Shown here: positions 16,150-30,730 of the stretch, in pieces
Layout of the letters: every line of letters begins with the position of its first letter
How positions within the stretch are numbered: the first letter of the stretch is position 1
NCBI RefSeq assembly: GCF_009914755.1
Contig: NC_060931.1
DNA from: the human T2T-CHM13v2.0 reference genome, Homo sapiens
Length of the DNA stretch: 64,000 nucleotides
Strand: one strand, 5' to 3'
Notes under the pieces: generated by a model
The model's database searches: none
Seen by the model: the letters and a program-made list of their open reading frames with translations, nothing else
Told to the model about the DNA's origin: nothing
Program-made: the position numbers and the translations under genes

Positions 16150-17700
16150 CTCATTCAGACCCTCGGCAAACCCAGCTCTAGCAATATCACGCCAGGCTAG
16201 GTGGACAGGAATGCACCAGTGCTGTTGGAAATTAAAGTTGATGGGAGTTGCATTCTAATCCGGCCAGAGCTGCGCCTGCCGGGTGCAACCGCGGCGCGGC
16301 CGGCGCTGTCGGTCTCTGTCTCACGGATGGTGAGCTGACAGCTCCTGCCAGCCCAGGCGGGGAGGAGGAGAAGAGGTGTCCGCTGCAGCCGCATACCCGG
16401 CGGGTGAAAGCACCGTCTTGTCCCCAAAGATTCCTCTGCCCTCAGAGACTAACAAAAATACGGTGTCCTGCGTTTCGCAGAAGGACGGGAGGCGTCCCAG
16501 AGCTCTCCCGGGAGAAAAACCCAGGGAGAAGTGGTGGTAGGAGGCGCCCGGTCCCGCAACTCACCTTCTGCTGCCTCCGGGCCATGTCGGTGGGCTGCTT
16601 GGCGTTGAAGGGGTACGCGATGCACCTCACGACGAAGACGTAGAGCTGCAGGCGGATCCTCCGCTCCTGCTCATCGTCCAGCTGCCGCTGGGGCTCGTCT
16701 CGCCCCTCGCTGAGCACAGAGGGGCTCGGGCTCACAGATCTGGCCGCGCCGCCGCCGCCCGCGCGCCCCGGCGCGTCCCGCCGCCCTTCCCGAGTCGGGG
16801 CTGGAGGAGCTCGCTGCGAGCTGCCGGCTGCCACCAGCACATCGCGGCTTTCCTCTTCCAGCCCCTCGTCCGACTCCTCTTCGCTGGAAGACGGGTCCAG
16901 CATGGTGCTCGGGGATCCCCGCCGCTCGGCCCGCGGTCCCCAAGCGCCTCACCCCCGGCGGCTGCGCCCGCGGGTCTGAGGGAGCCGCGGGGCTGGCTGC
17001 AGCGGCCGCAGAACGAAAGGAAAACTGGCCAGGGCTTTCCGGACACGTCGAGTTAGATTCAGGAGTGTTTCCTACCACCAGGGCGAAAGGGGCGGGCAGG
17101 AGCCGGGAGGAGGATTGGGAGGGGGGAGAGGGGGAGCCGCCGGGACTGAATAGGCGGAGTTAGCGTTGGGGGTGAGCTTGGGCGCCTCAGGAATTGCTCC
17201 GCCAGCCCCGGGCGCGCCGACCCAGCGGTTCCCCAGAGCCCGCCGGCAGAGGCGGAGCCGCCCGAGCGCCCGGACGCAGGTGGGGAACCTGTGGCGCCTA
17301 CAACAAGCAACACGTGGAATTGAATGTTGAAGAGCCGCGCGGGGCCGCGGAGTGCGCGTGCGCGCGCCGCCGCTGCTGCCCGGGCCCGCCTGGAGCCCTA
17401 GCACACAGTTTGCAAAGGCGGGGAGCGGCCGAGCGCGATGGCCCGTGTAAGCGTCCACCGGGGCTGCTCCGACTACCCTCACCCTACCACCTGTGATCTT
17501 TTCTCCAGCAGGTGGAGGTGGAATGGGGAGCGGGGAGGGACTGTTCCCTAGCAAGAGGTTAGGGGGAGCGGCCGAGACATCTCCCCAACCCGAATCGGCT
17601 GCCTAGGATTGAACCCCAGCGCGGAAAAGCGGGACTGGAGCCCTTCACCACGAAGTATCTTTGCGACAAGACTTTGAAAAGTCTCACTCTGCTCTGCTGC
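16150..17700. promoter_or_regulatory. CADPS2: CpG island / CADPS2 promoter and 5' UTR
   Basis: Abrupt GC- and CpG-rich block in AT-rich DNA. GC box GGGGCGGGC 17089-17097, E-box CACGTG 17311-17316, NRF1-like TGCGCGTGCGCG 17353-17364; no minus-strand ATG between 16904 and ~17577. Confidence 0.9.
16565..16903 (-). CDS. CADPS2: CADPS2 coding exon 1 (aa 1-113, [27 protein letters not shown]...[21 protein letters not shown])
   Basis: Translation matches the recalled CAPS2 N-terminus. Kozak context GAGCACC-ATG, in-frame upstream TGA at 16949-16951, canonical donor AAG|GTGAGT after 16565; 339 nt, phase 0. Confidence 0.97.
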
Positions 17701-18589
17701 CGTTTTGATGCTCATGCTGAAGCCCAAATTATAAAAGTCGGAGTAATGAAAAAAAAAAGAAAACCAACGAGGCTTACTTTTTAAACTGTTCTAGTCCTGC
17801 AGACTCAAGGCAAGAGAGATTTTATATGTGCAAAATGATACTGATTCAGCTCAAACATATCTCGATTATTTTCTGGGTTGGGATGCAGTTGACTCAAAAC
17901 AGGTTGTGTAGTGTGGACATTTATTCAACAAAGATTTGAGCGCCCTCCCGGTGTCCAGCACTGTTAGCCTTTTGCGGAGCCCGCGGTGACTAAGGCACAT
18001 GACACTCAGTCGCTGGTGGTTCTGGCCTCAAGTCGGCGTCTTGTAGCTGCGCTGAAGCCTGCCTTATCTGCGCAGATTTCTCAGTCCTAGTGCTGGAACC
18101 ACCTAGGAGTTTCTTATAGTAATTCTGTATCTTATGTCCTAAGTCCTGACAGAGGGGGAAATAGGCAAAACAATGCATTCAACACCAGGTGGAGTGTGCA
18201 GCGACCAGGTGGGCAGGGAGGTGATGAAGTTCAGTGGAAATAACACAGGGCAAATTAACTACCAGCTCTGAGCTCCTCTACCACCATGGTCAAACAGCAG
18301 TTTTAGCTTTTTCAGGCCACTTTCATATAGTTAGGTACACAAGAGAGACTTCTGCACTTACTGACATTCTCTCTAGATGGGTAAAAGACAAGGAGGCATT
18401 TACTCCTGAGGAGTCTTACCTATTTTTCTGCCTAATCCATAACAGGCCCCCTAGTAATAAAAGGTCTTCAGTAAGAGCATGGCTGTGGGATGATCACAAA
18501 CTGCCAAGAAATAGAAAATCTCAAACACCTATGTATTTAAAGGCAATGTTTTATTTTTGGCAAGGCAAACAAATAGCAATCTTGTCATA

Positions 18590-18860
18590 ATAGCTGATGC
18601 TTATCTAGCACTTTGCAAAGATCTGTGAAATTGTTTAATACCCTCATCAAAGTAATAGCTTTCTGAGGCAGGTAGTATTATTATTGATTGCCCTTTGAAC
18701 CAGATACTGCACTAAGCTCTTTACATACATTATCTCATTTATTTTAGGTTCCATTGTTCAAATAAGGAACCTGAGAGTTGAAGAATCCTTTCCTTAGGGT
18801 ACAGAACTAGCACCTAATGGAATAAGGACTCAAAACAGTTTTCTAGTTCCAAATAGTGTC
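18590..18860 (-). mobile_element. MIR fragments
   Basis: CTAAGCTCTTTACATACATTATCTCATTT and AGGAACCTGAG core on the reverse strand. Confidence 0.65.
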
Positions 18861-19229
18861 ATTTTCTACTGCAATTTGCCTTGATAATAAGACAGTATAA
18901 TAAATGTATGAGGTTTACTAAACTAATAAAAATTTCTAGGGACATAAATGTATGATTTAAATATAGCAACTTTACTGCCCTTTTCTTGCCAACAATAGGT
19001 ATATTTTTCAGTTCCTTTTATTAATCAATATTACTTGATGTGATCACTTATTCTTTTCCCATTAAAGGTGGTTATTAAGTCAAAGATCTCCAAGCCTTGA
19101 GGATCCCACAGGAAAACATCTAATAATTTTTAGAGCAGGATATACAGTGTTTTCTCCATGAAGATGAAGATGACTTAAGAGGCATAAATTAAAGAAATAT
19201 CTAAAAGACAACAAAGAGAATGTTTAAGC

Positions 19230-20560
19230 ATCATTAAACATACATTGATTAAGAAACTAACATATGCTAAAGCTATACTGGATATATTTAGGAAAACAAG
19301 ATATAGGCCGTAAGAAGTTTATCAGTTAAGGAATGACAAATGAAAAAAACATTTATTTAAAATAATCAATATTTGGATTGCAATCTGATGAGTGTTCCAA
19401 TAACCTGGAAGATAATGGCAATACAGAGAAGAAACACTTCATTCAGAAGATAGTAAGTGATATGGTTTGACTCTATATCCCCACCCAAATCTCATCTCTA
19501 ATTGTAATCCCCACATGTGGAGGGAGGGACTTGGTGGGAGGTGATTAAATCATGGGGGGCAGTTCCCCCCTGCTGTTCTATGATAGTGAGGGCATTCTCA
19601 CGAGACGTTTATGGTTTAAAAGTGGCAGTTTCCCCATCTCTCTCTCTCTCTCTCTCTTGCTGCCTTCTGAAGAAGGTGTCTGGTTCTCCTTTGCTTTCTG
19701 CCATGACTGTAAGTTTCCTGAGGCCTCCCCAGCCATGCGGAACTCTGAGTCAAGTAAACCTCTGTTGTTTATAAATTACCCTGTCTTAGGTACTGTCTTT
19801 AATAGCAGTGTGGAAACAGACTAATACAGTAAGAGAAGTCTTCCAGGATGCTTGACATATATCTTGAAGAATAATTTAGAGCTGTCAAGATGAGGACACT
19901 GTAGATAGGAAGTAATGCAAAGATGTGAAATTGTTTGCCACTTTGGAGAATTACAAGTAAAGTGGCATGCCTGAAGTGAAGAATGTATGTAATATGAAGA
20001 TGTGGAAAATGAGACTAGAGAATAAGCAGAGGCAAATTCAGGATTGGGTCTGTGTGCCATGCTTTGGAATTTAAACATATCCTGAAGAAAATGGGGAAAT
20101 ACAGAAGGGTTTTAAGTAAGGTAAGACATACTGTGATCCATAACTCTTAAGAGTCCATCTGGAGCAATATAAGGGCAATGAAACCAGAGACAAGCTATAA
20201 AGAGGAGATTACTAGGGACGTCTGAGAGAGAAACAATGGGCCTTGAACTTAAGAGAGAGGACAAGAGGAGGAGGAAAGCTGATGAGATGGACAAAGGAAT
20301 TAATAGAATATGTATGAGGTGCTGACAAAGAGGGTCAAGCATAGAAGATGCTTGTCAGAATAGTGTAACTTGATTAATAATAGATATAATATGATCTTCT
20401 AGAAGACAGGTAGGTTTGGAGAAACATCAGGTCTTTGAGGAGCTTAAAGTACACATATGGATGATAAGGTCTAGAAATTATGTGTTCAGAGTGAGAAGAG
20501 GGCCAATGAAACTTCCTTGCCTCTCCTCTAATTAAGGGATGGTTTGAAGAAAAGGAACCT
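19230..20560 (-). mobile_element. L2 remnant split by a MaLR LTR
   Basis: Purine-rich L2-like sequence on both sides of 19458-19828. Confidence 0.55.
19458..19828 (+). mobile_element. MaLR solo LTR (THE1D/MSTA-like)
   Basis: TGATATGGTTTG...GACTAATACA termini; perfect 5-bp TSD GTAAG (19453-19457, 19829-19833). Confidence 0.92.
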
Positions 20561-21631
20561 GAAAAGAAGATCTGATCATTAGTTAATTGTACCCAAATAA
20601 TTTTAAAGTTTTTAATTTTGTGCTTGCGCTAATGTTTTGCCAAGTTTCTACCTTACATATTAACTTTTCAAGTAATTATAACGTTGGTTGATGCTCTGGA
20701 ATCATTGATTAAATGAGGCCCAACATAAGGCTATATTGGGCACACAGCATAAATGCACACAATACACTTAAACTTATTCAATGATTCGTTTTTACTTTTT
20801 TCAAGGTGAGCATAAAAACAAATTGAATTTATACTGCTTTTTAATGGAACATCTCTTATGCTAAGGAAAGATGGATGCACAGTAATAAAATGGAATATAA
20901 AATGTGGTTTTGGCAATAATATTTAAGGAAACAAGTATGTGACCTGAATATCATAGGTGGGCTGTTTTCTGAATGAGAATTAGTTTGTGCATTTGGCCTC
21001 AAAGTAAATGTTAACTCTTTCAACTCATAGATGAAATCATTTTTTTCATAGAACAGACATTTTTTGGTTTCCCACTTTAGGTTATGCATTATTCTGAATA
21101 CATAAAAGCTAATAATTTACCCACTGGGAGAATGCATATGAAATAGACAGGAGAACAAATTAAACAATAATGATAATATATGCTCATGTGTTGTTAGAGA
21201 AAAATTCTCAAAATATCCCTTAAGTGTCTTGAAAGTGGACAGTCTATTATCTTTTGTGGTATAGTTATAACTAAAATTATTGTACAACAGAAAGAGGAAT
21301 CTTTTTTAGGACAAATGGAAGAATCAGTTTTGCAACATCTATGGGAAAACTGTCAGCTCACATAGAAATATGCACTTACAAAAATAAAATAAAAATATTT
21401 GTTTGAAATTTTGTGTTGAACATTTATATCTTATGAGGCAATAATCCTCTTGGAAACCACATTTAAATCCCTTCTCTCCCTTTACTCTGCTTTTGCCTTT
21501 TTTCCTCTCCAGTTAGAATCTGAGTCAGTAATGAAGAACTGTTCTGGGACCACACATTTTACAGGTAATGGGTGAAAATATATGCAGATGATAAGCATAA
21601 ATTGACAAATAAATGAGTAGTTCCCAGTTCT

Positions 21632-21662
<31 letters not shown>
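21632..21662. repeat. (CA)n microsatellite adjoining a MIR 3' part (~21670-21790)
   Basis: Direct reading. Confidence 0.9.
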
Positions 21663-22764
21663 TACACTCAAAGGGTTGTTGTGAAGAATAAATAAAATAA
21701 TGCATACGAAGTACTTAAAATACTTGATAATGCGTACAAAGTACTGGTATAGAGTAAGTTCTCAGTTCATGCCAAATATTTTACTATTATACAGTAATCA
21801 CTTTATTATTAAGCTCACTTTGGGCCATAAAGCTATAGAAACCAAATGTAAATAAAGTTGCAAATTGTTCTATGCATTTATTTATTGGATTTTATATAAC
21901 TCAGAGTCTGTATTGCTATTATCATTAACCTGTAAAGAATCAGACTAACTCCCAGATGTTACAATATCTTGATATCGGAGATTTCATAATTTTTATAAGA
22001 AGACTTGACCCCAAATAAGAAGCTACCATCCTTTTGTTCCTATTCAATCTATGGGCATTCATTAGAGACTGATTACAGTTCTATTATTCTTTAATTTTCT
22101 ATGTTATGAGAAATTTGAAGAAAATGAACAGAAATGAGTTGGCTTGTAAAGTGCAGGGAGGAAGGGAGTGTAAAAGCACATTGTGGCCTGTGTTCAAAGT
22201 GTCAAAGAAAAGTCTTGCATCAATTCAAGATATGTATTTAGTGGTTATTATGATCACCAGAGAAGCAAATATTTAGCCCAGAAGAGAATGTTTGGGTTTT
22301 TAAAATGTTAACAAATCCATAAACTATGTGAAATTTTTATGGCAATGGATAGAACATAGAAATTATGCTCATACTTGGATAAAGCAATAAATAGCCAGAG
22401 GCTTTTTTTTCCCTCCAGCTTTCATAGATTTTTATACTTATATTGACTTTGTTGTTAAACACATTTTCTGCCAGTCAATAACATGTATTGAGTGCCTGCC
22501 TAATCTAAATTAAGCACTACACTAGAACGTTGTAAAGAGAGAGTTGCATTGATTGACTAGGAATTCAACCAATGTCTCACTTAAGAGATGAAAATTCTAC
22601 TACTGTAAAATAACTTACACCATTTTAACAATAATGCTCAAGAAAATTCAACTAAAGTGAAATAGAGTTTTATGCAAAAATTGTAAGACTAGTAAAAATG
22701 ATATTATGTGGTAAAAAGAAAGATGTGCCTTTATTAACTATTTGCTGTTACTCTAGGCTATAAT

Positions 22765-24412
22765 TATTATCAAATGTTTTGTTCTTTGGACCCATTTTCA
22801 CCCTTAAAAGTTATTAATGACCGCAGATAACTTTTTTGGTGTGGTTATATTTATCAGTGTTTCTTATATTAGAAAATAAAGCTAAGAAAAGTTAGAAATA
22901 GCTATTTATTAGTTTATTTTAAAATAACACTTATTATATAATATAAGTTATATATTTTTATGAAAAAAACTATTATATTTCCAAATTAAAGGTTGGGTGA
23001 GAAATTGGTACTATTTTTATACTCTAAAAATCTCTTTAATGTCTGGTTTAATAGAATTCATCTGGATTCTCATATCTGCTCCTACATTCAATCTGTTTTA
23101 ATATATTATTTTGACTGAAATAGATGTAGAAAACTTGACATCACATAGCTATATAGTTAAAAAATGGAGGAGTATTTTAATAGTCTTTGAATATAATTGT
23201 GGACGTTCTTCTTTGGTATTATACCAAAAGTCAACAAGTGGTAGTTTCTTAAATGTTAGGTATGATGTAGAATGGAAAACCATATCAATAAACTCTTCTT
23301 ATTCTGTGATATTTTAAAAAATCTACTAGTCTATCTTGAATTAATTTTTTACCTATGCATTATTTTGTAATACTATTTATTGGTCAGTGGGAAAATACTG
23401 GTTCACTGAGTTATATAGATCTTTCAAAGTTTGACACATTTTATTAAATAGTATAAAAAAATCACATTGTCAGTAACCACTAATCTCTTAAGAATAGTCT
23501 ATTGGAAGACTGTCAAGCTCACTGTGGCACATACAAGTTTTACAAAATTTTAATTTTTGCTTGATAGCTTGAATTTTGTCACTGTCAACAATACTGCCAG
23601 TTATTTTCCTTAAAGTGACAACCTTGCTTTATGCATGCACTTTTGAGAAAAATTCTGCAGAATATCCACGTCTGAATAATTATAATTTGTCTGTCAGTTG
23701 TTTTCTCAAGTAAAAATGGGGTTCCATGAAGAAACAGCTAGTTCAGCTTGCAACTCAAAAAGGTACTTCTCCTTGATACAACCATTGTACTTCATTAGGT
23801 GACAAGAAGCGCTTTATCCATACTTCCCATTTTTGACTCGCAAAATATATATATTTTAAATTTTTAATCAGACTGGGCAACATGGTGAAACTCTTTCTCT
23901 ATTAAAAAAATACAAAAAATTAGCCAGGTATGGTGGTGTGCACCTGTAGTCCCAGCTACTCGGAAAGCTGAGGTGGGAGAATCACCTGAGCCCAGGAGGT
24001 GGAGGCTGCAGTGAGCCTGATAGCACCACTGCTCTCCAGCCTGGGTGACGGAGTGAGACCCTGTCTCAGAATAAAATAAAATATACCCAAACATTGAGAT
24101 TTAACAAAATTAATAATTTTTCCTGCTAAACCAGGAACATTCCTAAGTGAAACTGACATTTTTGTTTCCTGTGAGTGTGTACCAGTCAATAACACATGAT
24201 GACTATCACATTTTTGTGCCAAGGTCTTGATTCATTCTAAGGCACCAGCAGTTTTACCACCAATGCCTTTGTGCCATCAATACAATGTCGACACAGCAAA
24301 AAAGACAATAATGTCTTAATATTCTTATGAAAACAGTTTCACTTTGTAGACTCCCCCGAAAGGGTCTCAATGACCCCCAGGGATTTGAGGATGACATTTT
24401 GAGAAACCCAGT
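22765..24412. mobile_element. Charlie1-family hAT DNA transposon, interrupted by an Alu
   Basis: Termini resemble Charlie1 (GGACCCATTTTCACCCTTAAAAGTTATT...; CCCCCGAAAGGGTCTC...TTTTGAGAAAC). Confidence 0.75.
23870..24082 (+). mobile_element. 5'-truncated AluJ
   Basis: GAGCCCAGGAGG..GAGGCTGCAGTGAG right arm. Confidence 0.9.
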
Positions 24413-25462
24413 CTTCAGAGTTATGTCTTTAATCTTGCCATTGAACAACTAACACATTGTTATTACTGAGCAAATATTTACTCTTAAATATTCTGTCAGC
24501 CTGATTTAAGGATAAAGTAGGTATTTTACTATGTTGAGCAAATAAAGCTAGTGGATCTAATTACACTTAAAGATACAGACTCTGAAAATGTTTTCATTCC
24601 TAGTTTAAATGACCAGCTATCTAATTTTTAAGTGAATTTTAATGTAATCGGCTCTTTATTATAAAAACATTGATTCAATTAACAATATTATTCTACAATA
24701 TTAATAAACAAAAATTTTACCTATAGTTCTGAATTTGATAATCTGAAATTTTTCATTTAATAATATAGTGCCTTGGATCTGAATTTAAACATTATGCTTT
24801 TATCATACATCTGAAATTTCCCTAAATTTCTCATTAAGCTAAAAATTGCCTATCTACCTCTGAGAACTGAACATAAAAATACATATATGGCATAATTAGA
24901 ATTTTTCAACTTTATTTTTTTCCTTTTAGTATGGATATCTGGGAAGCACTTAATTTTATTAAATTTGTGACAATTTTATATTTGAAACAAAATTTAGAAA
25001 TTTAGAGTCAAATATACATTATATAGAATATAACTCCTAATGAAACATGATTAGAACCTGTATTATCATGTGAGGATAAAGCCAAAAATTCTATATTGTT
25101 GTTTGTAGTAAATATCATATTTTTACATCTCTCTCTATAGTATCATAAAAATAATCTATATAAAAATAAATTTGTAAGAACACTTTTATTTATACTGCTC
25201 TTTTTATTAATATATAATTTAGTTGTGGGGGAGAATGAGTCAAAAACAAGTAGGGGTGTGTGTGTGTGTACATGTGTGTGTGTATGAGAAAGAGTGTGTA
25301 TTTGAAAAAAATGACAGGTCCTTTCCATCCCAAGAAGACTGTTCATATCTTTATAATTAAGCCCTTGGCTTCTATTAATCAAAACTATGACCAGAGGAAA
25401 TACAGTTTAACAAAAAAAGGAGAATACTACTTAAAACCATAAAGCATGTATGAGCTCTAGTC

Positions 25463-25992
25463 CAGTAGTCCCCAATCTTTTTTTTGGCACCAGGGACCAG
25501 CTTCACCGAAGACAATTTTTCCACAGACGGTGGGGGCAGGGATGGTTTGGGAAGGATTCAAGCACATTATATTTATTGTACACTTTATTTCTATTATTAT
25601 TGCATTGTAATATATAATGAAATAGTTATACAACTCACCGCAATGTAGAATTAGTGGGAGCCCTGAGCTTGTCTTCCTGCAACTGGATGGTCCCATCTAG
25701 GGGTGATGGGACACAATGACAGATCATCAGGCATTAGATTCTCATAAGGAATGCGCAATCTAGATCTCTCACATGTGCAGCTCGCAATAGGGTGTGCCCC
25801 CTATGAGAATGTAATGCTGCCACTGATCTGACAGGAGGCAGAGCTCAGGTGCTAATGCAGGAGATGGGGAATGGCTGTAAATACAGTTGAAGTTTCACTT
25901 GCTCACCTGCCACTCACCTCCTTCTGTGAGGCCTGGTTCCTAACACGCCACCAACTAGTACGTGTCTGAGGCCTGGGGGTTGGGGACCCCTA
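25463..25992. mobile_element. MER1A hAT-Charlie element
   Basis: TIR-like ends CAGTAGTCCCCAA / TTGGGGACCCCT; ~530 bp; characteristic interior. Confidence 0.85.
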
Positions 25993-26248
25993 TGTGAAAC
26001 TCCTATATGAAATGTGTCATACTGATGGCCTTTTTTCTAAATAAAGGATTCAAAATTTGTATCATGGGGTCCAAGACATCAAAAAGATAGGAGCCACGGT
26101 ATATGCATTTTAGTTAAAATGAGGTAATCTACACTGTATGACCTAGATAAATCATGTAGTTCCTGAGGTCCATATCTGATAATTAAGGTGAACTAAAGAT
26201 TAAGGATATTAAACACACATATATAACTATGCCTTAATAATTCACTGA

Positions 26249-26568
<320 letters not shown>

Positions 26569-28796
26569 CCATCAATTTCCCTTTAACCACCTTAAACTAG
26601 CTATGTGTTCTACATTAAAATAACAAAGATTGTTAGGGAAATTTTTATTTTAAAATATCTTTGTATAAAATTAAATAATAATGAGCATAAATTACTTATA
26701 AAAATAATTAAATACTAGATTGAATATCAGGAGACTTTATTACCAGTTACACAGTTTCCGTAGATAATTAAATAGGTTTATTATCATATCTACATTTCTG
26801 AGCACTCTTTGGGAAGTGCCCCATGGCTACTATTTATCAGTATTCTATTTATCAGTATTTCCCTGATCATCCTTGCAAGGTGATACATAGTGATGTCCCA
26901 TTGTCCTATAGAGATTGATAGTATTCTTAGCCAAATGTCTTATTTCACAAAATTATGCATTTGTATTGTAATAAAAGTTTATTTTCCTTTTTGGTGGAAT
27001 TCTTAATTTTCAAATGAAAAAATAATTACAAATCTCTGTTAGTGCCTTTACTTACCATGCTATCACAAATAACACATGTACACACATATACATGCACATA
27101 CACACACAGGAGTTATTTAATACTGCACAATTTTTCCCTTATATATTAAAATATTCTCCTCCCACAACATTTTTTGCTGATAGTTTTCCATTCCCAAACT
27201 CAAAATAATTTTTGTATTCCCAAATTTTACAAATATAGAAACATCCATAAGATGGTGCTGTATCTTTAATTTAATCTGGTCAGATACTTGGTGCTATGGT
27301 ACATCTATTACAAACGTGGTTAAAAGAAGGGGTTAGAGTTTAATCTTTAATAAGTCTTATGTTGGGCAGCTGACAATGTAAGTTTAATCAGAAACTCTTA
27401 AGAAACTTTTCCTCACATATCATACAATTGCTAAAGTATCTTTGTTCCAGATCTAGTTGCCAAGTATAGGCGAAAAAAATAATTAAATTTCTCATTTCAA
27501 CTGACATTTTCTGAAGAAGAGCCATCTTGCACATACCATATTAGACAAATGAAGAAATTGAATTATATACAGTATCAATTTTTACCAAGGTCAATAGTAC
27601 TCTTTAAAAGTCCTTCAAAACATCCAATTTCATGGAAATTAGAAATGACATTACATGCAAGCACTTCCTTTCAAATGTCGAAGAACTGTAGAGGAATTAA
27701 CTCAATAATTTTTGTACCTAACAAGGTTATTTATCCAGTGAGGGAAAGGTAATTTAAGATATGTTAATTATATATTTCTAATATAGGGTGATATAGTCAG
27801 GAGAAGCAATATTTCATTTCCTGTTTGATTACTCTTCATAAACAGATCTAATACGTAGAGTGCTTAAAAACTGGTTACATAATCCTTTATTTTTAAGATG
27901 AACAATCTATGTCAAAGGAATAGAAACATTTTGTAATGTAGGTGACACCGAAAAGCATGATCATGAAAGAAAATATTTGGAGTCATGAAAGGCAATGATA
28001 CAGGTATCATACATCATAGATGTATCCAAGGCAGGAGCCAAATCTTCATCACATAAACACATGAAAATCTACAATGAAATATTTACTGCTGTGATTTCGA
28101 GACGTATTTAATTTTATACATTTGTCTTTCAGTTGCTTAGAATGTTTTCTCCCTGTGAACAGTGCCACTTTCTGAATGGCACAATCATTATATCTCTTAA
28201 TCTAAAATGATGCTATCCAATTTTGCAGTAAAATTTGAATCGATTAGTAGGCATTATGAAGTACTAGTAAGAGAATCCTATATAGCATTATACTGCAGAT
28301 TGCAAAACCTAGTGAGTAGTTATTGCCAAGAACTTTCATATGTTTAAGCTACATTTTCTGTCAGCAAAATATACTGGTCTTTTAAAAAATTTAAATAAGA
28401 AATAAAGCAAGTTGAAATAGTATTGGGGTTTATGCAAATAAAATCATACAGCAAAAATCAGATTCATTAAATTTAGAGTAAAAAATGAAAATTAAGAAAC
28501 TAAAATTAAGTAATTTCCTTAACCATTTTCATTAAGATGATCCATCAACCTTTTGACTAATTATTTTTAGACTCCTTTGATCATAAAGTTGGTATCCCAT
28601 GATACATAATAAACATTTACATCAATAGTGCCTTCCCACAGACTACTTTCTTTGACAAGTTCATTCTATATTCAGAGGAGGAAAATAGTTTTATGATATA
28701 TAAGAAAAAGCCAATGAGAATTAAACAGATTAATTAAGAAGATGAACATTACTGATAAGCTTGGTTTGCCCATTCATTTAAAAAATAGACAAACAG

Positions 28797-29154
<358 letters not shown>

Positions 29155-29584
29155 TCAAAGGATGATGTGAGTCTCTCTTTGGAGAGACTGAAGGTACCAC
29201 AGGGCAGGGGCTGTGTTCAGGAAGTATTCTGATATCAGTTAAAAGACCATCGAGAATGTTAAGAAAGCAGCAACATATAAGGAATTCTATTATGGAAATC
29301 CCCACAACTTAATTCATCAGATATTTAAGAATTCACTCTGAGCCAGGCACACTGATATATGGAGGGACAGAATGATAAAGCAAAATAGACACAATTTGTC
29401 CCTCATGGAACATGAAGTTTAGGGGAGAAGATAGATATTAACCCAAAAACCACACAAAGGAACATAAAATCCATGCTGAAATAATTTTTATGAAGTAAAA
29501 GTTTTAGGGTGCCAATACGACCTAGTCTGGCAGAGGGAGGAGAGAAGCAAATAGAGCTTAAGCAGGCATCTTAAAGATCAGCAT

Positions 29585-30090
<506 letters not shown>

Positions 30091-30091
30091 G

Positions 30092-30394
<303 letters not shown>

Positions 30395-30397
30395 TAG

Positions 30398-30730
<333 letters not shown>

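Noticed and set aside
16301-16325. REST/RE1 site
   Set aside because: Only a right-half match (GACAGCGCC); the left half is absent.
16248-16643. 131-aa antisense ORF over exon 1
   Set aside because: Starts at TTG; CpG-island artefact with no recognisable homology.
16904-16951. N-terminal extension of CAPS2
   Set aside because: In-frame TGA at 16949-16951 limits it to 15 codons with no ATG.
16671-17554. Long minus-strand ORFs upstream of or overlapping exon 1 (135, 104, 84, 160 aa)
   Set aside because: They begin at non-ATG codons (no minus-strand ATG from 16904 to ~17577) and are Pro/Arg/Gly/Ala-rich, as expected from stop-poor GC-rich DNA.
18183-18216. CTCF-like CACCAGGTGG / GACCAGGTGGG motifs
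   Set aside because: Several core mismatches; cannot be supported from sequence alone.
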